Source of the DNA: an uncultured cyanobacterium
GTDB lineage: Bacteria; Cyanobacteriota; Cyanobacteriia; Phormidesmidales; Phormidesmidaceae
Length of the DNA stretch: 64,000 bases
Assembly: GCA_963793265.1 (NCBI GenBank)
Contig: CAWBZI010000004.1
Coordinates: 608,001-672,000 of the forward strand
Reading direction: 5' to 3'
In this document: positions 9,740-20,163 of the stretch, piece by piece
Numbering within the stretch: the first letter of the stretch is position 1
Layout: every line of letters starts with the position of its first letter
Made by a program: the position numbers and the translations under genes
The notes under the pieces: generated by a model
What the model saw: only the letters and a program-made list of their open reading frames with translations
Databases searched by the model: none
What the model was told of the DNA's origin: nothing

Positions 9740-11275
9740 TCAAGCCGCCTGCCAAGTTCCATGAAATCCCAACGGAATTATCCCCGGCAGCGCCAACTGG
9801 CAAACGGGCTCACCCATAGTCTGCGCATCTATAATCCACAGCTCGCTCCTTTCGTCGGCAGCATTATAGACAACATCTAATAGCCACCCCTTTTCGGACT
9901 CAAATCGATCGGCCATATAGATCGGCTCAGTGCCATAGCGGTCTTCGCCCAAATCAGTTTGCAATAACTCACCAGAAGCATAGTCAAACCGACCAATCGC
10001 CCCAAACCAGTCTTGCCCCGTCACCACACCATCTCGATGCATCAGCACATACGTATGCTGCCACGGCTGCCCCGTTTGCCGCTCCGGCACCTGCGGAAAC
10101 TCACAGTCTCTATCTAGCACGCACTCATTACTAAGCACCTGCCCGGTTTTAGGATCTAGCCTGAGCTGCCACAGCCGCCCGTAGGCCGTTGTTTTCATCC
10201 GTCCACTTGGCACTTCTCTAAGCACTTCATTAATGTGCTCAAAGTCGTCAAACCTGGCAAAATCCAGCCTTACACTGCCATCAGCATCTACACAGCCGTT
10301 GCCGTAGTGCCACTGGAACCAGGCATCTGTTTGGCTTTCAGAAACAATCTCTAAGCTTTCACGATCGACTACGATTATTCGCGTACCGCGATCGCCCTTC
10401 CACTCAATAGAATCCGAATAGCTCTTGCGATTAAACAACAGCGGCAACAAGTCCACTTTCACAGGTGAAATTAGAAACACCAGATACGGCCCCGCCATCA
10501 CAAAGCTATGCACCAGAGGCACATCTTTAAGAGGAATGACTGCTTTTTTAATCAGGTTGCAGCTCGCATCACAGCGATAGATAGCCAAGTCACACTTTGG
10601 ATCTACGCCAATGCTATAAATCTCACCGCTGAGCGGATCGCGTAATGGGTGCGCTGAAAAGGGCTGCGATGGTTCAAGCCAGCCTAAAGTCTCTGTACCT
10701 CGCCCTGTTTCTTGTCCCAGAGTCTCTAAAGTTTCTAAATCCAAACTATGAGGGTTTCCAGCTTCCCACAGCGCCAGCAGCTTATCAGGCAAAGCCAGCA
10801 CAGACGTATTTGCCGAGTTTTTAATACTCGTGCCCTTGATCAATCCTGCAATATGCTCCCATATCGGGCCGGGATAGCGCATTCCGTAGTTGGCATACAA
10901 AAAGCTATCGGCTTCACTCTCCGCCTTATACCCTTGAGTTTGCACATAGCGATAGGTTCCGGTCGCCCCTTCATCGCTCAGTCCCACTCGCAAAATCGCG
11001 CCATCGCCATCAAACCAATGCCCTACCGGCTCGTCGCCTCGCTGCAATCGTCCCGTGCCGTTTTGATAGAACGTACCACGCAAGCCTTTAGGGATTTGGC
11101 CTGCGATCGCCTGCAAAGGCGTTGTTGAAAATTCAAAGGCAGGCTGAGCCAGCGTTTTGTGCCAAGGCTGAGGCTCATTTTTTAGAGGCTCTTTAAAGGG
11201 CTGAGACAACTGAGGGCGATCGCTGACCGTCATAGACATACCAAAAACATCTGCACTCTTTAAAGTAGCAGACAT
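9740..11275 (-). CDS. Carotenoid cleavage oxygenase (RPE65 family)
   Basis: HWFDGDG, FSAHP, VHSF, WHYGN, IPLGFHGTW metal-ligand histidines. Confidence 0.9.
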   Translation of the reverse strand: MSATLKSADVFGMSMTVSDRPQLSQPFKEPLKNEPQPWHKTLAQPAFEFSTTPLQAIAGQIPKGLRGTFYQNGTGRLQRGDEPVGHWFDGDGAILRVGLSDEGATGTYRYVQTQGYKAESEADSFLYANYGMRYPGPIWEHIAGLIKGTSIKNSANTSVLALPDKLLALWEAGNPHSLDLETLETLGQETGRGTETLGWLEPSQPFSAHPLRDPLSGEIYSIGVDPKCDLAIYRCDASCNLIKKAVIPLKDVPLVHSFVMAGPYLVFLISPVKVDLLPLLFNRKSYSDSIEWKGDRGTRIIVVDRESLEIVSESQTDAWFQWHYGNGCVDADGSVRLDFARFDDFEHINEVLREVPSGRMKTTAYGRLWQLRLDPKTGQVLSNECVLDRDCEFPQVPERQTGQPWQHTYVLMHRDGVVTGQDWFGAIGRFDYASGELLQTDLGEDRYGTEPIYMADRFESEKGWLLDVVYNAADERSELWIIDAQTMGEPVCQLALPGIIPLGFHGTWQAA

Positions 11276-11287
11276 CTTCTAAGCGCT

Positions 11288-12736
11288 TTATTTTGTAGGT
11301 AGCGTCAGCGTAAAAGCAGTCTGACCTTTAGGCGTAGTGTCCAGGCTCAGATTGCCTTTATGAGCGCGAGCAATCTCTCTCGACAAACTCAAGCCTAAGC
11401 CAAAGCCCTCTCGCTTACGGTTACGAGAAAGATCGCCTCGATAAAAGCGGTCGAATAGGCGATCGCTCTCCTCCTTTGGAATATCTTGCGAGGCATTAGT
11501 CACACTCACCTGCACACTACTCTTCTGCCGCCGCCCCACAATAGAGAGCCATCGATTCGGTGAACCTTCAGGCAAGTTGTACTTAATGGCATTGTCAATC
11601 AGGTTCTGCAACACCTGGGTAAGTAGGTCGCGATCGCCCCTCACTTGTAAATCGTTCTCCAACTCAACCATCACCGGCAAATCAGGTGCTAACAGCTCAA
11701 TATCTTCAACCAGCACTTCTAAAATCTCACCCAAATCCACCTTGGCCTGCCGTAAGCTCATCTGCCCCGCATCTGCTAGCGAGAGCAGCAGCAGCTTTCT
11801 CACAATCGTACTCAGTCGAGAAACCTCATCCATCAGTTGACTCAAGCTTTGTTGCAGATCAGACCCCGGCTCCGCCTGCTGCATCACCATCTCTAGCTCA
11901 CCGCGCAAAATCGCCAGCGGCGTCTTCAGCTCATGCGCCGCATCTCCGCTAAAGCGAGAAGACTGCTTAAAGCTGCGCTCCAACCGCGTCAGCATCTCAT
12001 TAAACACTTCAATCAGCTCAACAAATTCTTCATCAGCACTCCCTACCGGAACCTGTTGATCTAGCCCGGTTGCCGTCACCTGTTTAATCACATTCGTCAG
12101 CTTGCGAACAGGCTTTAGGGCACTGCCAGAGAGCACCCAGGCTCCGGCTGCAACCGCCAGCAGCGTACTGGGAATCGCCACCAAAAAGATATTGCGAATA
12201 ACGGCCATGTCTTCATCTATGGTTTGTAAGCTGACCGCGATCGCCCCTCTTCCCACCGCAGAACTCACACTTCCAATCCGCCAGCTTCCATTCGGCGTAT
12301 GCTGCGTAAACGCTGGCTCTACAACAGTCTCGACAACTGACGAATCCTCTGTTTCATCTTCAGCCGCTGCCTCATCGCTCTGTGCCGCTTCATCCGCCGT
12401 AGAAAGAAGCTGTCCAATATCTAAAGAGACGCTGCCTAGTTGCGCTTCACTCACCGAGTAATGAAGCGTTCGCCCCTGCTCATCTACAGCAAGAATTGTA
12501 ATTGGCCTATTCTGCGCTTCTAGCGTCTTCGGCAGCTCCTGCCCAAAGTTCTCCCACCATTCCGCCTCTCTGACAAACGCCATCTGCCGAAGCTGGCCAT
12601 ACAGCTTAGTATCCAAGCTCGTCAGCTTTGCCACATATATCAGCCGCCAGGCCACCAGCCCAAACCCCACCAGCGCCCCACCCGATAAGGCCACCAGCAA
12701 CAGCGCAATCCGTAATCGAAAAGATCCTAGCTTCAC
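11288..12736 (-). CDS. Membrane sensor histidine kinase (CusS/heavy-metal-sensor-like, HAMP-HisKA-HATPase)
   Basis: Two TM segments, AAHELKTPL H-box, NLIDNAIKY, FDRFYRGD, GLGLS. Confidence 0.92.
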   Translation of the reverse strand: MKLGSFRLRIALLLVALSGGALVGFGLVAWRLIYVAKLTSLDTKLYGQLRQMAFVREAEWWENFGQELPKTLEAQNRPITILAVDEQGRTLHYSVSEAQLGSVSLDIGQLLSTADEAAQSDEAAAEDETEDSSVVETVVEPAFTQHTPNGSWRIGSVSSAVGRGAIAVSLQTIDEDMAVIRNIFLVAIPSTLLAVAAGAWVLSGSALKPVRKLTNVIKQVTATGLDQQVPVGSADEEFVELIEVFNEMLTRLERSFKQSSRFSGDAAHELKTPLAILRGELEMVMQQAEPGSDLQQSLSQLMDEVSRLSTIVRKLLLLSLADAGQMSLRQAKVDLGEILEVLVEDIELLAPDLPVMVELENDLQVRGDRDLLTQVLQNLIDNAIKYNLPEGSPNRWLSIVGRRQKSSVQVSVTNASQDIPKEESDRLFDRFYRGDLSRNRKREGFGLGLSLSREIARAHKGNLSLDTTPKGQTAFTLTLPTK

Positions 12737-12750
12737 TTAATCACACAACA

Positions 12751-13071
12751 TCAGCGAGCCATAGCTGGATTGCTTAAGGGAACAAGGGCTCTGTGTAATA
12801 CGCTAGGTTTTGCGTTTAGATACACCTCACGGCAGTTGACGTCGTTGTAGCCGACCACAACGGCACCTACCCTTGTGCCAACTTCAGGATACATATCTTC
12901 ACTCATAACGCCCTCGTCTAAAAAATCAGGAATTTTGATTAATCCCTTCGCTGAGGGTTCGTCAATATTGATAAAGACGCCAAAAGGCGTATGAAATTCC
13001 GCTTCCCCCTGAACAAACTTACCAAGCGGATATCGGGCCTTTACGTCTTCCCAGTTTTTACAGTCACGCAT
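12751..13071 (-). CDS. Stand-alone S1/OB-fold domain protein
   Basis: YPLGKFVQG...FGVFINI...GLIKI...VGAVVVGY S1-like pattern. Confidence 0.7.
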   Translation of the reverse strand: MRDCKNWEDVKARYPLGKFVQGEAEFHTPFGVFINIDEPSAKGLIKIPDFLDEGVMSEDMYPEVGTRVGAVVVGYNDVNCREVYLNAKPSVLHRALVPLSNPAMAR

Positions 13072-13076
13072 GAGGA

Positions 13077-13421
13077 TCACTGCTGTTTCAGAATTCGCGG
13101 ACATCGGTTGAGCATAGTGAATAAAGACTGTGGAACAACCAACTCGGTATGTTTGCTTTTGCCCTCTTCATCATATCGACTCTCAAGCGGTTTAAAGAAC
13201 TGGTCGTACATTGCTTTTTCAATAGAAACCTCTATGATTCCTTCTCTGTAGTTCCGGTTATATTCCACTGCAATACTTCTGTCATTTGGGCCAGCGAAAT
13301 AGCAACAGCCATCAAGATAAGGTGGCTCATAGGGAAAGTCGATAGGTTGAAATCCCTCTCTTAGAATCTTTTGTGCTTTTCCTTTTTAAGGTGCCTTATA
13401 AATTACAACAGCTTCAGGCAT
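13077..13421 (-). pseudogene. Putative toxin-like (ART-fold) protein with in-frame TAA at codon 12
   Basis: Reads MPEAVVIYKAP*KGKAQKILREGFQP...GCCYFAG...IAVEY...ELVVP; the stop at 13386-13388 is in frame with ORF 13077..13268. Confidence 0.55.
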
Positions 13422-13424
13422 CTT

Positions 13425-13616
13425 CTACTCTGCCTGGCGGAAGCGATAGCCTACACCGCGTACGCTTTCAATCCAGCGGCTTTGGCCTTTAATGTCTATT
13501 TTTTTGCGAAGGCGCTGAATGCATACGTCTACTACGTTGGTGCTGGGGTTAAAGTCGTAGCCCCATACGTGCTCTAGCATCTGGGTGCGGGTGAATACTC
13601 TGCCGGGCGATCGCAT
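13425..13616 (-). pseudogene. OmpR-family response regulator, winged-helix C-terminus only
   Basis: RSPGRVFTRTQMLEHVWGYDF...NVVDVCIQRLRKKID...IESVRGVGYRF; no REC domain upstream. Confidence 0.85.
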
Positions 13617-13970
13617 ACATTAGTAAATGAGTATTAATCGCAATGGCTATACTCTTTTTTCGAAAATGCCTTCAGGCGCAAAAAGCGCTTAATATAGGGT
13701 TATTATACTAATGGAAACACTAAATCCTCGTAATTGGACAGGGTACATTGACGTTACTGCCAGCAATTTTCTTAGGAATATTATTTTGTATCTGGACGGA
13801 TCAAAACCTCTTCAATAGTTTTTTTATAAGAAATATATTCGGTTCTCAAGGTAGTTCCAATTCTCGAACAGAACCTATGAAGAAGAACAAATGCTATCAA
13901 ATCATCGAATGCGATAAGTGTAGTGAAAGAAAGAAAAGTTAGTACATGCCTACGGTACTCTACTTTGTAT

Positions 13971-14363
13971 CTATTTTCTCTCCATATCATAAGTTCTGGT
14001 TTCTCCTGGATCTTTTCTTAGGTCTAGAATACGATCCATAGACTTAAATTCTTCGTGGCTCAGAATTACTCGAATATCGTTTCTTTGTGGGACGTTGACC
14101 CTAACATAGCCATCAGTATTCGTTAATTTAGGTTCTGGGGCACCTTCAGAGATAAACCTAACTCTAACTCCTTCAATTGGGTTTCTTTCCGAATCTAGAA
14201 CTATAATTGGGACGCTTATATACGCACTTTCAAGATCTTCCTCACTTGAAGGATTCTGAAAGAGAATTTTATCGACGCTTACGACGCTTCCAGAGGCAAA
14301 AAGAAGCAGACCTACTAGGATCACAATCTGCTTCGGCTCTATTGAAAAGTTGCCTATATTCAT
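13971..14363 (-). CDS. Small membrane-anchored beta-sandwich (carboxypeptidase-regulatory-like) protein, AT-rich
   Basis: N-terminal TM; VLDSERNPIEGVRV...TNTDGYV pattern. Confidence 0.55.
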   Translation of the reverse strand: MNIGNFSIEPKQIVILVGLLLFASGSVVSVDKILFQNPSSEEDLESAYISVPIIVLDSERNPIEGVRVRFISEGAPEPKLTNTDGYVRVNVPQRNDIRVILSHEEFKSMDRILDLRKDPGETRTYDMERK

Positions 14364-14450
14364 TATTTAAGGCTAATAGCTACATGGAGAGAATACCATA
14401 AACGTACTTATATCATGACAGTTTCGATGCTTTCAAGAAGCCTCCATCAC

Positions 14451-16796
<2,346 letters not shown>

Positions 16797-16939
16797 AGGA
16801 AAAGGCGGTAGGTGGGCTTGTGCATACAGCTTACGTTCTTCTCGTATCAAATAAACGCGATGCTTTATCGGTCGTTCCGGGCTCACTAAAAGGAGTTCTA
16901 CTGCCTAGTGCAGACCGTTTTCTCTTATGACCTATAGCC

Positions 16940-17671
16940 ATGACTTATAGCCTGAGAGTCGCCGATATGGCCGCAACCGAAAGGCCCCGCGAACGGCTAT
17001 TAACTCATGGTGCTAAGCACCTATCGGCAGCAGAGCTAATCGCAATTTTGCTCGCTACAGGCCAGGGCCCCGGCAAACTGTCGGCTGTCGGCTTGGGCCA
17101 GTACTTGCTACAGCACCTCAGTGATGAAAATACTGGCAGCGATGGATTATCTGCGCTTAGAGAAGTCACAGCGGACGAGCTAATTCAGGTTTCGGGGATT
17201 GGCCCGGCCAAAGCGGCCACCATTTTAGCGGCAATGGAGCTGGGCAAACGTGTGCTACAAAGTCAGCCAATTCAGCTTACTGTGGTAGACGATCCGGGTG
17301 TCGCTGCTGCTGCACTTGGTCACGAACTCATGTGGCAAAGCCAGGAACGCTTCGCCGTTTTACTGCTAGATATAAAACATCGTATTATCGGCTCAAAGGT
17401 GATTACCATTGGCACTGCTACCGAGACGCTGGCTCACCCAAGAGATATCTTTCGCGAAGTCATTAAGCGAGGAGCCACCCGCGTCATCGTTGCGCACAAC
17501 CATCCTTCCGGTAGCTTAGAACCCAGTCCCGAAGACATTGCCCTCACCCGCCAACTGCTCAAGGGCGCTCACTACCTAGGTATTCCACTACTCGATCATC
17601 TCATTCTGGGCAACGGAGACTGGTCGAGCATTCGTCAGCGCACTGATTTATGGAATGAGTCTATCGAGTAG
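16940..17671 (+). CDS. radC: RadC / JAB-domain protein
   Basis: ERPRERL, GIGPAKA HhH, AHNHPSG...LLDH JAB motif. Confidence 0.95.
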   Translation: MTYSLRVADMAATERPRERLLTHGAKHLSAAELIAILLATGQGPGKLSAVGLGQYLLQHLSDENTGSDGLSALREVTADELIQVSGIGPAKAATILAAMELGKRVLQSQPIQLTVVDDPGVAAAALGHELMWQSQERFAVLLLDIKHRIIGSKVITIGTATETLAHPRDIFREVIKRGATRVIVAHNHPSGSLEPSPEDIALTRQLLKGAHYLGIPLLDHLILGNGDWSSIRQRTDLWNESIE

Positions 17672-17718
17672 ATTAAACAGGTCTAACTACAATAGAGTCA
17701 AAGTAGTTAAACCTGTTC

Positions 17719-18501
17719 ATGACAGCTACCACACAAGCTGGCAGCAAATTTTTGATGATATTTATTGGTATTGATCTGGGTTGGCTGTCAGGGCCTAGCG
17801 GACTCTGTTGTTTGGAACTATCTGACGGTGCCCTCTTTTTGCGATCGCTAGATCGAGCAGCAACCTTAAGCGAAGTATTAGCCTGGATCGATAAAACCGT
17901 GCCTGTTTCTGAGTCTGCAATGGTGGCTGTAGATGCGCCACTGCTGATTCCTAATGAGACGGGAATGCGATCGCCCGACCGCCTGGCGCACAAATACTTT
18001 GGCAAATACCACGCAGGCTGCTACCCCGCCAACCAAAGCAGACCCTTTGCTACCGGGCTCATACAGTTTGGCAAAGACTTAGAGGAGAGAGGCTTTGCGC
18101 ATTCGCCCACTATCGAGCCTCGTAAGCCCAGTCGATACCAGATAGAAGTTTTTCCGCATCCGGCGATGATTCAGCTATTTGAGCTGTCTCGAATACTGAA
18201 GTACAAAAAAGGGCGGTTAGCTGAGCGCGGTCAGGGCTTGGGAGAGCTGAGAGGCCACATTTTAGAGGCGCTGCCGCAACATGAGCCGCCTTTGCTGATT
18301 ACAGAGCTGCCTGAAATTCCGACGACGGGTAAGGCGATGAAGGCGGTTGAAGATCAGCTTGATAGTATCGTGTGTGCGTATGTGGGCGCTTATTGGTGGT
18401 ATTGGGGGTGCGATCGCAACCAGGTTTTAGGCAGTCAAAACGAAGGCTACATTGTGGTGCCCTGTCCGCCTAGCGCGCCCGTAGCGCACTCAGACTTTTG
18501 A
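17719..18501 (+). CDS. DUF429 family RNase H-like protein
   Basis: IGIDLGW, VAVDAPL, IEVFPHP, DQLDS motifs. Confidence 0.8.
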   Translation: MTATTQAGSKFLMIFIGIDLGWLSGPSGLCCLELSDGALFLRSLDRAATLSEVLAWIDKTVPVSESAMVAVDAPLLIPNETGMRSPDRLAHKYFGKYHAGCYPANQSRPFATGLIQFGKDLEERGFAHSPTIEPRKPSRYQIEVFPHPAMIQLFELSRILKYKKGRLAERGQGLGELRGHILEALPQHEPPLLITELPEIPTTGKAMKAVEDQLDSIVCAYVGAYWWYWGCDRNQVLGSQNEGYIVVPCPPSAPVAHSDF

Positions 18502-18544
18502 CAGTCACCCCGCTGCTATCAAACGTGATAGAGTTGTGCACTAA

Positions 18545-18616
18545 GGGCGATTAGCACAGTGGTAGCGCGCTTCCTTCACACGGAAGAGGTCACAGGTTCG
18601 AACCCCGTATCGCCCA
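18545..18616 (+). tRNA. trnV: tRNA-Val (CAC)
   Basis: GGGCGAT/ATCGCCC acceptor stem, anticodon arm CTTCC-TTCACAC-GGAAG, GGTTCGAAC T-loop; CCA not encoded. Confidence 0.93.
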
Positions 18617-18635
18617 TAGGTTTTAAGCCAGTTGT

Positions 18636-19244
18636 TTAAGCATCCTGCGTGTCAGCGTCGTTTTTTCTTTTACGAATGGCCGCAACGCCCATGCCAAATA
18701 GCGCTGGGATAACTGCTGCGGGCGTCGGGACGGCCTGTGTGCCTTCTCGGTAGTAGACGCTGATGTGTGAAATATCTTTTGCTTTACCAAAGAAATCTTT
18801 CCACGGCTCGCTGTAGTTAAAGCTAGCTTGAGTGTCGTTACCTACTAAAAAGCCCGTCAGCGTAGTTCTGTTGCCACCTTTGAAAACCAGCATTAGCTCC
18901 GAAACACTATCAGAATTGAAATGAATGTCAGAGAGCGATAGGTGACCTGACTTACCGTAGCCGCCATTATCGAAATAGTCTGAGTTTCTCTTCCAGATAT
19001 CTCCAGGGCCAAAAAAGCTGAGGCCGCTGCCTTGAATGTCGTTGACATCTATAGCACGTCTGCCATTGCCCTGGTCGTTAAGCTGATTGGTGCGCGGGTT
19101 TACGTATTGGCAGGCGGTGGCGATAGAAATGTAGGTAGTGGAGCAAGATTCTAGGGTGACGGCGCTGGCGCTGGGTGCACTGATGGCGCTGCCGATAGCG
19201 AAAAGGGTGGTTGCGATCGCACCCGTTAAAAATTGAGCTTTCAT
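18636..19244 (-). CDS. PTPA-CTERM (PEP-CTERM-like) sorting-domain surface protein
   Basis: Signal peptide ending ASA; C-terminal VPTPAAVIPALFGMGVAAIRKRK (motif, TM, basic tail). Confidence 0.85.
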   Translation of the reverse strand: MKAQFLTGAIATTLFAIGSAISAPSASAVTLESCSTTYISIATACQYVNPRTNQLNDQGNGRRAIDVNDIQGSGLSFFGPGDIWKRNSDYFDNGGYGKSGHLSLSDIHFNSDSVSELMLVFKGGNRTTLTGFLVGNDTQASFNYSEPWKDFFGKAKDISHISVYYREGTQAVPTPAAVIPALFGMGVAAIRKRKNDADTQDA

Positions 19245-20163
19245 AGCGTTATCAAACGAAGGTGAATGTGAAAGGAAAAACTGCATGAAGCAGAGGCGTC
19301 TCTAAGTTGTTCTACTTATGTAACGAGCTTGATTTAATGTGCTAATTAAATATTTTCAAGCTAATTTATCCATAAATATACTGACGCTAGTGGTGATTCT
19401 ACTCAGATTGATTTTCACCGGCCAACCGTAGTTTCAAAAGGTTTAGCGGAGCTTTACAGTCTTTGTCATAGGAGATATCCAATTTTCGCAATTAGAGTAT
19501 AAATACGTCCTGACATCGCATCAGATCATTGTTGTAGAGGTCAAGGTGATCTGCGTGACTTTCCTTTGCTGTGGTTAATAGTTGTTTAACTTTGTTTTTT
19601 GAGATGTGATTATTGCTGATACCTGTTGCTCAGCGGTTTATACACCTGATATTTCGATAAATATGAGAGATTGCGCATTTGTACGGATGACGATAGTTAA
19701 GCGTATCTTTTCTCACGTGTAGAGAGCAAATTTTTGAGAAAAACAGGCTTTAAGCTCAAATTTTGAGAGATTTAGAGAGAGAAAATAACCTATAGCCTAA
19801 TAGATTCGGGAAACTGCTCTATGATGCTCTCTTTTACTTCTGATTTCTATAGAAAATTTAATAGTTGATTTGTCCGTAATCATGGATTATCAGGTAGTAT
19901 CTGTCTTTAGATTAGAACATTTACTACTGTTGCTTGTGGGTATTGGTCGCCGACAAGAAGATTTTGTACGATCGCATATCTGCGAGCTTTGCATCTAAAC
20001 TGCTGCAAAGCTTTCTGCATCAAGCTTTGTACTTAAAACGGCTGTAATTACTAGCGATCGCTCTACAAAGCGCCTAACCGTCGGCGTTAAAACACTTTGC
20101 AATGCATTGGGCACCAGCCCTTTGTTCCTTTTTGCTGTCAATAATTTTTACTTTGTAACTACC

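Noticed and set aside
13620..13990. Short ORFs 13748..13942 and 13781..13990
   Set aside because: Overlapping, AT-rich and without recognisable motifs; probably decayed DNA
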